A stretch of 64,000 nt of DNA from Hormiphora californensis (taxonomy: Eukaryota; Animalia; Ctenophora). Below, piece by piece: positions 28,569-40,600 of this stretch. The stretch covers positions 310,001 to 374,000 of the forward strand of contig CM035355.1 of NCBI GenBank assembly GCA_020137815.1. Direction: 5' to 3'. A program made the position numbers and the translations under genes. The notes under the pieces were generated by a model. That model saw only the letters and a list, made by a program, of their open reading frames with translations, searched no databases and was not told the DNA's origin. The first letter of the stretch is position 1. Each line of letters opens with the position of its first letter.

Positions 28569-31181
28569 TATATAGCGAGGGGTAACAGGACACTACTTTA
28601 TTTTACTCCATGCACCACAACTCTCATGATAGCTTTAGCTCTCTCTATCCCTCCCTCATTCCCTCTCTCTCTCTATCTTGTCCCCCTCTCTATCTCTCTC
28701 TCTATCTTGTCCCCTCCCAGCTCCCTAGGAGGAGTTGGAGCAATTTAAAGGGAGTGCCGGGAGAAGATGGGGTCTTAAACTAAAAATATATAAAGGGGAA
28801 ATAGGATGGGGTCAGGTGGCCCTAACACCTGGCGTATACCAGAGGTACGTAGGGAGATAGAGGGTGGGCGAGATAGAGATGGAGAAAGATGGAGAGACGG
28901 AGAAAAGTAAAGCAGCCAGAAAAATGCCTGAATGCACTGCTCGTGATGCTAGCTTTGTGCTGTCGGATAACTTGGAAAACATATGTTCGTTTCCAAGCGG
29001 TATTTTATCACCAATGGACAAAACCTGGAGGTCTGTAGCTGGAGGTATATAGCCGAATTTTTCTCGCTAAACAAAGAAACTATGTTACCACTGAACGGTG
29101 CAAATCATCGTGCGACAATATCATGCCGCCTTCAGAAGACTGTGGTCTGCGAGTGACGAGTGGCAAAAAGAAGGAGGTTATCGGCCCCACCCCGTGAGGA
29201 ACGAAGGTTACCTGATATGCTCAATTACGAACATGAGTAAAGAATATTCTACCGCCCTCTTGGGGCACACCATGCGGCCCATAAATAATATGAATCAGAT
29301 GGTGCGGTCATGTTGGAGCTGAAGTAAAATATAATCCTGATTGCAGCAAAGTTTAAAGAGACAATAGACGAAGATCAAGGAGCACTAATGTAATGTATCA
29401 TGATCATTCTCGTGACTCATTCAAAGTTTTAAGTAGGTTAGTCATCACAGTTCGTACTACTTCAATGGGTTAGGGGACATTCTGGGTGACATTCATAGTT
29501 TGTTTTTGTTATGTTCTAACCCTCCTTTACACAGTCTAGCTAGGCAACTGGCAAAGTTTGTTTTTTATTGTTACACGTCCTTTCTGGGGCCTGGGCGAGG
29601 AGCCGAGATCGGCGGCATTTACGCTTGCAATATTTTTTATTTCAGCACTGCAGTCTACACCACGCATAACTCGATTTCTTGTTTGATCATAGTAGTTTCA
29701 GAAAATGTGAGACTGGCCCGGTTCGGGGCCGGGGAGACTTGGTACTCGATTGAGCTGCTTATTGGGGGTCCTTCCCCAAATGTGTGTACCTTTGCTACAG
29801 AACTAGACAATTAGGCAGGCATAAGCCATTAGGCTAGCCGCTAGAAAACAAAAACTTTGTTTTTGAAAACCGTGGTCATTTTTTGTTTTTTTAAAGTAAA
29901 AAAGTGTTTCAATTCGAGTCGAACGCGCAGTTTCTTCTTTTGCGCGCGGCGTGATAATGCAATGTATACTGACAAAATCTGCGGCGGTCGTGATTCTATC
30001 TCCTTAAAAACTCTTTAGGCTGTCCGTTCAACGACAGGGGGGTCCCTTCGTGGTTTCCCGTTTAACAAGTAAAAACTAAGTTTGAAATTTAGTGGAAAAT
30101 ATAACTGCTAAATACACATAACTTTGAACACGCACACAACCCGCTGGTTCCCTTTCAGCTTCACTTTCAGAATAACATGTGAAACGACAAATCTCTCACG
30201 AAATAATAAACACATAATACACTGCAACACCGGTTTGTTTACAATATGGCTCTCTCTCAGGAGTTATAATGTATTGGGTTTGTAAGCCAACAACTTTATC
30301 TAAGATTGGGCTCTGCCCGGAAATCCCTAATAGTATTACGTTTTCTCTCTTTATGCTCTCTCTCTTTCACGTGTTAATAGTTTCTATCCCGATGCAATCC
30401 CAAGGCGAAATCAGCCCGCGGAATAACTTATGTGGTATCGTCAACATGCGTACTTTCTCATCATCGTGTCTCCCTTTTTCTCGGTTCTTCAGATTTAACA
30501 TGGCAGGACCAGGGATTTTCCTTTCAGAACTGAGATCGGAGAGAAGATGGGTTAATTGATGATAAACTGAGAATAACCAAATGGTAAATAATGAGCTCCA
30601 ACAACATTATTTCTAATATTATGAGGGCTACTACAGCCCCACTACAGCTGGAGTCCCGAGGATAGTAGGTATATGTAGATGTAACAGTTACATTGTAACT
30701 GTATGTGTATAACAGCTTCACTCTAACTGGGGAGCGGGAAGGGGCTGTCACATTATTCCATGAGGATTACCTATGCAGCAGCAACGTGGCATGGCGTGAC
30801 GTGGTGGAATCATGCTATGTGATCCAAGGGTGGAGAGATCAGAGAGAAAGGTTGATTCTCAGTTGCAGATTCACAATCAAAGCCCCATACATAATTACAC
30901 CCCTGTCCACCAACTTCAATTAAATCGCTCCGTACCTCTTCACACATACTTTCTTACACTCACACTCACTTTGAGCTATCCAAGAGCTAACTTGTTGGAA
31001 TTATAGCTACGTCGCTGCAGGACACATCACATGCGACTGCTGACTAGCCCCAACTTTCATACCTCTGCGCGTTACTGCGCGCGCCTGCCATGAGTCTCTG
31101 TGTTGTGGTAAACTGACTGCAGCTGCAGCAGAGCAAGTGTGTGTGGGTAGGAAATGCATTTGGAGCGGCGGGCTGGAGAGT

Positions 31182-32722
31182 TCAAAAGCTAGCTTCCCTT
31201 TTGTGTACTACAATTCTTGTGTCTGCTATTCTCCTTTTTGTACAAAATGAAAAATGAGTGTACAATTTACAAATTGGCATGAGTGTACATTCTGTTCTCT
31301 CAGATCTGTCTCAAATCCATATTTCGATGGCATTCGATATTTCCCACCTACCCTTGGTAATGTAGAGGTAGAAGAAGTCAATGTAGAGGACAGTCTGGAC
31401 AACTCCGGCCACAACAGCAATGGGGTCAAAGAAGGACTCGGTGTAGAATCGGAAGATCCAGTTTAGGATGTAGAGGCCACGGTACGCTCCCAACATGAAC
31501 AAGTAATGGCTGAGGGGTTAGAGAGATAGTGGAATAGAAAAGTTAATTACTTTCTTCTTGCAATAATTTATCGTAAGGAGTTATAAAAAAGAGAAGAATT
31601 GAAAGAAATAAGAAGGTTTCAATTTGCCACTAGATGGTCACCTGGTAATGGTTTCTGCCTCTCCGGTTTTGGACATCATGAAGAGCTGAGGAAGGATCGC
31701 ACCAGCCTCAAGATAGATGGAGAACGTCCAGAGAATCTGAAATCGGGTTTTAATCAAAATTTGGGATAAATTCTAAGAAACGTCTGTATTTCCTTCTACA
31801 CTGCATGGCCAATTTGGAACCTAGGCACTGGACAGTTTCTTGTGTGCTAGAAGAAACCATATTATGGAACTAGGTTCAACAATCAACATTCTAATTGCAT
31901 AGTTGCTAATGCTCCTACTGCACAGTTGCTCCTGCTAATTACACAGTTGCTAGTGCTCCTGCTAACTGGAATGTTTCTCCAGCTAATTGAACAGTTGCTA
32001 ATTGCAATGTTGCTCCTTCTAATTGCTGTACTACCTCAGAGAAGGTGAAAGAGTGGTTGAGGATCAGGGCCAGGATCAGACAGGGTCCAAGAAGGAACTC
32101 CACTCGGAAGGTATCATGGTTACTATCATAGGTTGATTTAAACTTCATGAAGATCAGGTAGCATGTTCCTGAAAGAGGATGTGTTTGTTGGTTACAACAG
32201 GTGGGAAGGGGTCAGTAGAAATAGGCGTGAGCGTGTGTACACTGGAACTACTTATAACACATGGTGCCCGACTCTCTCTCTCTCTTTCTACTAGAATAAA
32301 TTATAATAGTACCACTTACCGACACTGCAGCAGATGTAGATAATTTTCATGCCAGTGTTATAGAGGGAGACAAAGCTGAAAAACAAATCCAAATAACGAG
32401 TACAAAATACTGCGGCGAACAGAGCCTGAGATTTACCCGAAATTCCTGAGGGAAAATAATCATTTAGGTACAAAAACAATGTGACTAGTCTACCTAAGTA
32501 ATAGGAAACGTTATTCTTATCTAAGGAACGGCATGTTACCCCTCTCAAATAACAGACGTCACAGGGTAAAAGTTAAAGTAACTTTGGCATGCTCTATGAC
32601 ATAAAATTGAAATCGGAACATTTGGGTTTACCTGCACAAGATCGTGTCTTCCATATCTTTAGAAGTAGGATTACAATAGCTGCCAAATGGCTAAGATCTC
32701 CCGCCAACCGGAACAGATTCAT
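31182..32722 (-). CDS. KDELR: ER lumen protein-retaining (KDEL) receptor, canonical copy; 6 exons
   Basis: Exons 32722-32632, 32445-32320, 32168-32035, 31736-31642, 31509-31352, 31207-31182 (GT-AG, in phase). [37 protein letters not shown]...TRYLDLF...DTFRVEFL...[18 protein letters not shown]...[21 protein letters not shown]...[17 protein letters not shown]. The terminal exon frame is uncertain (VHKREASF*, or VHKGKL.. if one A is an error). Confidence 0.93.
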
Positions 32723-32856
32723 CCTATCTCAACTACTAAGTGAAGATAAAATGCGTAAAGGAGGGTTAGATTATAACAAAGGTGTCCGGGGACAGGACAG
32801 AGAACAACACTAGATTTTTTAAAAGGTAATAAAAGATTAAAAAATTATACATAATT

Positions 32857-34245
32857 TAGGTGCCGGCAGGCACCTCCGACCCGAAGAAAACAGCAAAAAA
32901 CGAAAAAAAGAAAAAAAATTTTTTGCCCTCGCACAAAACCCCAAAAATGCCGGCCCTATTAAGAACAAAGAAAGGTCTTTTTTTGGGGGGGGGGGGGGGG
33001 GGGGGGCAAAAAACATGTCAACGATTGTGGCCACACCGTTTGAGATATCGACTTGAAATTTTGTAGGCATGTTCTTGTAGTATTCCTTTGTGTCATGACG
33101 TTGGCGGATTTTTGAATTTTTAATTAATTAATTAATTATAGGTAATTAAAAACGGTGCAAGGGCACCGTGCCCCTGCACATTGCGTGTTCTGTCCCTTGC
33201 ACCGCGCCCTTGCACCAAATTCTATTTTCCGTTCTGCTTAAAATATCGACTTGAAACTTTGTAGGAATGTTCTTCAATCATAAAAGATGATGTTCGAAAA
33301 GTGGGAATAGTCAAAATTAATTAATTAGTTAGTTAGAGCCGTGCAAAAAATGGAATTTGGTGCAAGGGCAGGCAATGTGCAAGGGCAAATGGTGCAAGGG
33401 CAGCCCTTGCACCAATTTTATGATCGAACTGTGTCCACACCGTTTAATATTTTGACACGAAACTTTCTATGCATGTTCTAGTAGCATAACTACGAGTACT
33501 AGAAGAGCCGTATGATTAATATATCAATTAGGTAATTAATTATAGGCAAATTAATTAAAATTTGCCCCTGCACAATTTGTGCAAATTTCCCCTGAACATG
33601 TGCCCTTGCACCATTTTGTTTTCTCATGCACATTTTTTGCAACTTTGATATTCAAACTGTGGCCACACCGTTTGAAATTTCGAAATGAAACTTTGCATGT
33701 ATGTTCTAGTAGTATAACTACGAGTCATAACGGAGCCGGATTTTTGATTTTCTAATTAATTAATTAATTATAATCAATTAAAACTTTTGCCCCTGCACCA
33801 ATTTGCCCCTGCACAGTTTTGGCAAATTTGATATTCAAACTTTGAGCCTTTGTGAAAGTAATGAAAATTATTTATTTCAGGTTATGATGAACAATAAGCT
33901 ATAAAAACGCCCCTTTTTGTTACACAAGCCTGTGCTTGGTATCGAAGACACCTCACACTCTGTCGCCGGGCGACCTTCGCGTGCACACGCTGGCAAGGGG
34001 TAACTTCGTAACCAAAGCCTGTGCATTGTGCATAATGAAATGGATAAATTTTCATCCAGTTGCTGGCGAGAGAACTCGATAGAGTTCGATTGATTTACCA
34101 CGACAACGGAGTTGGTTACCATACTAACCAGAGAATTCGTTGTAAAATAGTCCTTTCTTGCTATAAACTCGGCCTTTAGATAGAAAATTGATTTTATTAT
34201 ACTCACACTAATGCAAGGGCATTTCACAGTTTGGTGCCGTTATTT
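32857..34245. mobile_element. Non-autonomous repeat element with internal tandem units, between the two KDELR copies
   Basis: Terminal hairpin AGGTGCC-GGCA-GGCACCT. Four diverged units of CCACACCGTTTGA..GAAA(C/T)TTTG..ATGTTCT, plus many TGCAAGGGCA/GCCC(C/T)TGCAC motifs. Boundaries are approximate. Confidence 0.5.
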
Positions 34246-34544
34246 TTGTCTCTATTTTAATAGGATTTTGGGATTAGACTGAAAGTATGGGATCATTTGA
34301 GAAGTAGTGAAGATTTGAAAATGTTAGCAACTTGCCGGTTCGACAAACTAAACCCATATGATTCCAACTTCGGGTCGGACGAGGGGAAGCTTGCCTTTTG
34401 CGAACATAATAATAAAGGTAGAAAAATGTAGATAAATCAGTATTAAGTCAGTATCAAATCAGTATCAAATCAGTATTAAATCAGTGCATATATATATAAA
34501 AGTAATAAATTAGATTAATGTCATTGGCCGATATATTGATTAGG

Positions 34545-36546
34545 CTACAGAACCGAGTTCATTTGTTCCCTTGGAGAGAACTTTAGAAGTGGGTCTGTCT
34601 CTTTCGGGTCGTCCGGTAAATGCGGAATAAGGCGGGACTTTTCAAGATGTTGGTCCGGGTTGTTTTGTTCAACACGCAAAGGGCAGTCTAGCTTGGCAAG
34701 GTCTGGGTTGGCACCGAAGAAGAAGAAGTAGAAGAAGAAGCCAATGTAGAGGACAGTCTGGACAACTCCGGCCACAACAGCATAGGGGTCAAAGAAGGAC
34801 TCGGTGTGGAATCGGAAGATCCAGTTCAGGATGTAGATGCCACGGTACGATCCCAACATGTACAAGTATAAGCTGAGGATAAGGTTGGAGATAGTGAAAT
34901 GGAAAAAGTAATCAATTTCTTCTTGCAATAATTCATCGTGAGGAGTTATAAAAAAGCGAGGAATTGAGAGAATAAGAAGTTTTCAATTTGCCACTAGATT
35001 CACCAGGTGATTCTTTCTGCCTCTCCTGTTTTGGACATCATAAAGAACTGAGGAAGGATCGCACCAGCCTCAAGATAGATGGAGAATGTCCAGAGAATCT
35101 GCAATCGGGATATTTAATATTTAGTCAAAATTTGGGATAAATTCAATGGAACATCTGCCTGTAATTCCTTCTACCTACAGTTACGGCCAATTTGTTTCTT
35201 GCACGCTAGAAGAAACCCCATTATCTATTATTGCATGGTTCAACAACTTCAATTGCACAATCTACACTGTAAACTATCTCATTGTGTGGCCCCGGTGCCC
35301 GGATTATAAAAATTTTCGATAAATACGGATTTCAGGTGTCAATTTTGCTGCCAAAATTTTTTCAATTTGCTGCCGATTTGCTGCCTCGTGAATCGAAATT
35401 TGTCCGATGGCAGTCCGCGATCGGTCCAATTGCTGCTGGCAGCATAATCTTATCTAAAAAAAGGTCACCGGTTAGATCAATTTGCTGCCTCGCCCTTGAT
35501 TTGCTGCCAAATTAAGGGCATTGATCTCTTGGGTATTTGCAATATCCGGGCACCGGGTGTGTGGCTCACACCGTCATTTTATTTCAAAATGCGAGCGTGA
35601 TCTGTGATGGTTCTGTAGATCAACTCATACCTCAGAGAAGGTGAAAGAGTGGTTGAGGATCAGGGCCAGGATCAGACAGGGTCCAAGAAGGAACTCCACT
35701 CGGAAGGTATCATGGTTACTATCATAGGTTGATTTAAACTTCATGAAGATCAGGTAGCATGTTCCTGAAAGAGGATGTGTTTGTTGGTTACAGCAGGTGG
35801 GAAGGGACTGGTTAGAAATAGGGTCAGGCGTGAGCGTGTGTACACTATACAGTATACTGAAACAACAACAATAAGTCTAAACATATGTTGCTCGACCCTA
35901 GAGAGCCCTTTCTAAGAAGGATACAACAAATTATGCAACTTACCGAGACTGCAGCAGATGTAGATAATCTTCATGACAGTGAGATAGAGGGAGACAAAGT
36001 TGAAAAACAAATCCAAATAACGAGTACAAAATACTGCGGCGTACAGAGCCTGAGATTTACCCGAAATTCCTGAGGGAATATAATAATTTAGTTACAAAGT
36101 TTTCCCCTTTTATTCTGTAACCCTATTGAAACTGATGAGCTAGTACTTACTATCGAAACAATTGTCATTCCATAAACTCGTGTTTTGTTTTGTTTGAAAC
36201 CCCAGAGAATCCAAGTTCTCTGTAGAGTTCTCTCTGAGGATTGACTCCCCAAACCAACACAGTAATAATAATTTAGTTAGGTACAAAACCAAAGTGAATA
36301 CCTAAGTAATAGGAAACGTTATTCTTATCTAAGGAACGGCATGTTACCCCTCTCAAATAACAGACGTCACAGGGTAAAAGTTAAAATAACTTTGGCATGC
36401 TCTGATGACAATGTCATCATGACATAAAATTGAAATCGGAACATTTTGGGTTTACCTGCACAAGATCGTGTCTTCCATATCTTTAGAAGTAGGATTACAA
36501 TTGCCGCCAAATGGATAAGATCTCCATCCAACTGGAAAAAATTCAT
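34545..36546 (-). CDS. KDELR: KDEL receptor paralog, divergent, with novel ~50 aa C-terminal tail; 5 exons
   Basis: Exons 36546-36456, 36069-35944, 35764-35631, 35098-35004, 34872-34545. Exons 1-4 have the same lengths as copy 1 and all splice sites are intact. Open frame [15 protein letters not shown]...[25 protein letters not shown]...QMNSVL*. Confidence 0.8.
35291..35557. mobile_element. MITE with 8-bp TSD in intron 3 of KDELR copy 2
   Basis: TSD TGTGTGGC (35283-35290, 35558-35565). TIR CCCGGTGCCCGGAT / ATCCGGGCACCGGG. Internal TTTGCTGCC repeats. Absent from copy 1. Confidence 0.8.
36095..36264 (+). mobile_element. 170-bp retrozyme/Penelope-like insertion with a type I hammerhead core, in intron 1 of KDELR copy 2
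   Basis: 15-bp TSD ATAATAATTTAGTTA (36080-36094, 36265-36279). Absent from the paralogous intron of copy 1. Contains CTGATGA-GCTAGT-ACTT-ACTATC-GAA-ACAATTGT-C (36132-36166) with palindromic stem III ACAATTGT. Confidence 0.7.
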
Positions 36547-37275
36547 CCTATCTCAACTACTAAGTGAAAATAAAATGCGTTAGTAGATAATGGAAATTGG
36601 GGGGGAACAGGTTGTTTTAGTAAAAATCATGATCCCTATTTCTGTTTTGGTTGACGTGAGAGGAAGAACGGGAAATTGTCGCGAGACTACCGTAAATTTG
36701 AGGAGTGTTTTGGAAACCCTACCGGTAAGAAGTCTTGCAAATAACATCAAAATGTTCCTGGACGATCAACTATCACAGATGTTTTCCAGATTACAGATTA
36801 CAAATAGACTGGGGAATAGTAATTTTAACTGTGCCCTCCCTTCTGCACACGCAGTAGTGAACGATAATTAAGGTCAAGAGCCTCCAAGAGCGGACCACAC
36901 ACAGAACACTCAATTAGAGGTATGTCTACCATTCAATTTGTCACACCCCTCTCACATTTGGCCAAGCCCGCCAAATTTTGGCTCCCTAATTGGAAAATCA
37001 TTCCCCCTGAGCTGACACTGGTAACTTGTGCAGCAGCTGCACGAAGAATACTACAAGATAATATATTGTCTTTCCGGGTTGAAAGTGAAGGAGAGATGCT
37101 CTTTTCATTTTCAGTGTCTCGGAGCAGGGAGCTTCGGGACAAAAAAAATTGAAAAAAGAAAGAGAAAAATTGAGCGGAATCCTAAAATTTAAAACCAAGT
37201 TAAAAAATCAGTGTTGAAATGCTCCGCGCGCCTTAGATTAAACTGTAACACGCATAAATTTTGCATAATACACGT

Positions 37276-37495
37276 AGTGGAAGCTCTTACGGTAATTCCC
37301 ACGCCCCGTGGGAAAGTTTTTGACCGTGGGAAAGTTTTCAAAGCGTGGGAAAAGAGAGATACATACAATAACTTTTAAAAAATAATTATTTTTTTAATGT
37401 TATTGTATGTATCTCTCTTTTCCCACGCTTTGAAAACTTTCCCACGGTCGAAAACTTTCCCACGGGGCGTGGGAATTACCGTAAGAGCTTCCACT
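37276..37495. mobile_element. 220-bp palindromic MITE in the KDELR2/CENP-X intergenic region
   Basis: AGTGGAAGCTCTTACGGTAATTCCCACGCCCCGTGGGAAAG... is reverse-complemented at ~37400-37495, with an AT-rich centre. Confidence 0.75.
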
Positions 37496-37692
37496 TTTTT
37501 TTTATTTAACTTAAACGGCTTTTGTCAACACAAATAATTATTTTTTAAGACGCGCGCGATAAATGTCGCGTCGTGTGAAAATTTTCCGCCCAGCTTTCTC
37601 ACTTTTCGTTTTTGCCTAAGTTTGCGTTGTTCAAAGAACTAAAAACGCTCGCAAGTAAAGAAAATTCACAATACAAATTATAGACATGGCAA

Positions 37693-40600
37693 ATGGACAA
37701 CTCTAACAGCCTTAAGTTGTTTAAAGAAGTAAGTAACTCGTTTTGATGCCGCTTTTTAAGTCTCAAAATATTAGAAGTATTCAAATTGTAACCACACCCT
37801 CCCTTCCTCAGGCCACAGTCGCCAAGTTATTACAAGAACATTTCAGTAATCAGAAAACAAAATGTAAGTTATTTTGGGGGGTATATGGGTTGTCAAGATA
37901 TTTTGCCATCTGAATCGCTTATCGTAATCAAATTGCATTTTGTTAGCTTAACTACATTATATCTGCATTTTGTAATTGATGAATCGTTTACTCCCAATAA
38001 TTTATCTTCAGTTGTTTGGCTTAAGATGATAATTGTTGTTATATCATTGAAGTACCATTGAAAGCTGTACCCACGATTGTTATTTTACGTTTTTCTAGTA
38101 TGAAACTTATTTTACTAACAGTTGGATTTCTCATTATTACCGTTCACTGCTCAAGAGACCCTCATTCAGTACTTGGCGTGTCACGCGGTGCCAGTAAATC
38201 AGAAATTCAGAAAGCCTACCGAAAACTTGCTCGGAAGTACCACCCCGACGTGAGTACGGAACCTAATGCTGAGGATAAATTTACTGAAGTAGTCGCTGCG
38301 TATGAAGCACTGACAAAAGAACCAGAGCCCCAGCAACAACAACATCGATCACGTAGTTATCAGCAGGAGTTTTATTTCAATGGACAGCGATACACATTCT
38401 CCAGTGGCGGTGGCTTTAATGGTTTCCACTTCAACGATAACTCTCGGAGGGAGCCTCATAAAGACTCGCCTATTCTCACTGTCAAGAGGTTTGAACAGGA
38501 GGTGTTACCGGACAGTTACTCAGCTGTTCACCTCGTTAAGGTCACCTCAAGGTGGTGCTTCCTATGCATGGAGTATGATAGGGCATGGCCTGACGTTATA
38601 AAACACTTTAAACCCTATCACATGAGTTTCTGGGAATTACCCTATGACTCATCTAACATGCGTTCCAAGATCTCAGTTTATGAGATACCTTCGTTTCTGG
38701 TGATAATATCAGGTCGAGTTTATCATTACACATCCATCCTGTCAATCGGGAACCTCGAGGCGTTCATCTTGTCTAAACTACAGTCGAACCTTGTGATTGA
38801 GCAGGTAACTGATAGGAGTGTGGATAACTTTGTCGGAGACTTCACAGACTACAAAGCTAAGTTGATATTCGTTTCAAAGAAGTTATCATTTAGCCAGGCG
38901 ATGGCAGCGTTTAAATACAAAGATCACTACAAGTACGGGCTCAGCTCCACTGCGAGTGATGAGGGAGCCAATTTACATCAGCTGCTACCTAGAGGGGAGG
39001 GTGTTATCATTTTCAAGGAGGATTACCCCGCCATCAGTAGGAAGGATAGTCCAGGCACAATCGATCAAATGATACGGATTTTAGACTTGGAGAAATCGCT
39101 GATTTTACCCAAAATTAGCTCTCCTCAAACATTCGATGAGACCTGCAAAGTCTCGGACACCCAGCCGTGTGTTATATTTGTATTCGAATCTAAAGCGGAT
39201 TACAGCACGACACGATCTCTCATTCAAACTGGGGAATTGGTCTTCAAACGAAACTACCAGTTTTCCTTCCTATACCGGGATGCACAATTCCAGTTTATTG
39301 AATCCTTCTACCCGCCATACCCAGTGAGTAACACTCTCATTCTCTGGAGACACTCCTACAAGACGGCACAATTTACCTGGCTGCCCAGATGGGACCTCCT
39401 CAACGTGGCTGTCCTCTACCAAAACCTGAAATCATCCAGTCCCGGCGGGTTGATAACCCTGGGAACGATCACCAACGAACACGCTCCCTCAATAGTTGAC
39501 AATATCATCGAGTTCTTCAGGTATTCAGGGGAGAGCATCATAGCCCAGGTTCACGTGATATCCCTCAACACCTGGCTATCAATCATCAGCATCATCACCT
39601 TGTTCTGTGTGACCTTCCTCATCAACACTGAGCAGCCCCACCAGGATCGACATGACGGGCAACAGGAGGAACAAAGGACATTCAGACGTAACACGCCCTC
39701 TGTAGAGCTGTTGGAGCTAAATGAGGGCACGATATCACGATTACTTCCCACTGGGAGATCCCAGATATCCCTTCTAATAGTGTGTGATAGGAGGAATGAT
39801 GTGGCACTTCCTGTGAAGGTTGTGTCTGCTCAACTGAAGGAGCTAGCCAGGACCAGTAATTTCCAACTTGCTACTGTCTCCCAATCCGACTACAAGAGTT
39901 GGTTGTTACGTTTTGCTGAGCACGCCGGGTGCAGGCTAATTGAGGGTTCGGTGATTGCAGTTAACTTTAACAAGAAGTATTACAACTTTTTTACACCGGT
40001 CAATATGTGTTCCAATAGTTCTCTCGGTAACCTGCAAGATCGGGTAACGCTGTGGTTTGAGAGGTTGTGCGAGGGCAGTTTGCCGCGGTTTAATCTTGAG
40101 AGTATGGAACTACCCACTATCTCGACGTGATTATATAATAAATGACGGATATATTCTATATATTTGTGTGTATAAATTTGTTATTTTCTTGTTTAACTTA
40201 ATTTGATTCCACTTCTTTCCTTTGAAATTTTGCAATTTTTGTTAACTTTGCCCCAACTCTAAACCAACTCCCAACACCGCTAACCGCTCTGTACACATAG
40301 TTGGTTTTATTGGAGGGATTATGGAGGTAACTGTAATACGTGATCCAGTACCCAGTAAGTATTGTCAAGAGATTCCTTGTTACACACACAATCCCAACAC
40401 TACATTTAGAAACAGACGCACTGTCTCTTATTGACAGTCATTTACTGTCAATACGTGATCTACAGTTCACGAGATAGTTCCTTCAGTGTGTTAGTTTCTC
40501 AGTAGGTGTTGTATTGTGTGTGTAAGCAGGGAATGAATTCATTGTAAGTAAGAGTGTAACATATTGTGTGTACAGTGGTACTATCCTCCACAGTACATAC

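Noticed and set aside
28864-29322. Coding-looking stretch, possibly a decayed TE or gene
   Set aside because: Short broken ORFs with no identifiable motif or consistent splice structure.
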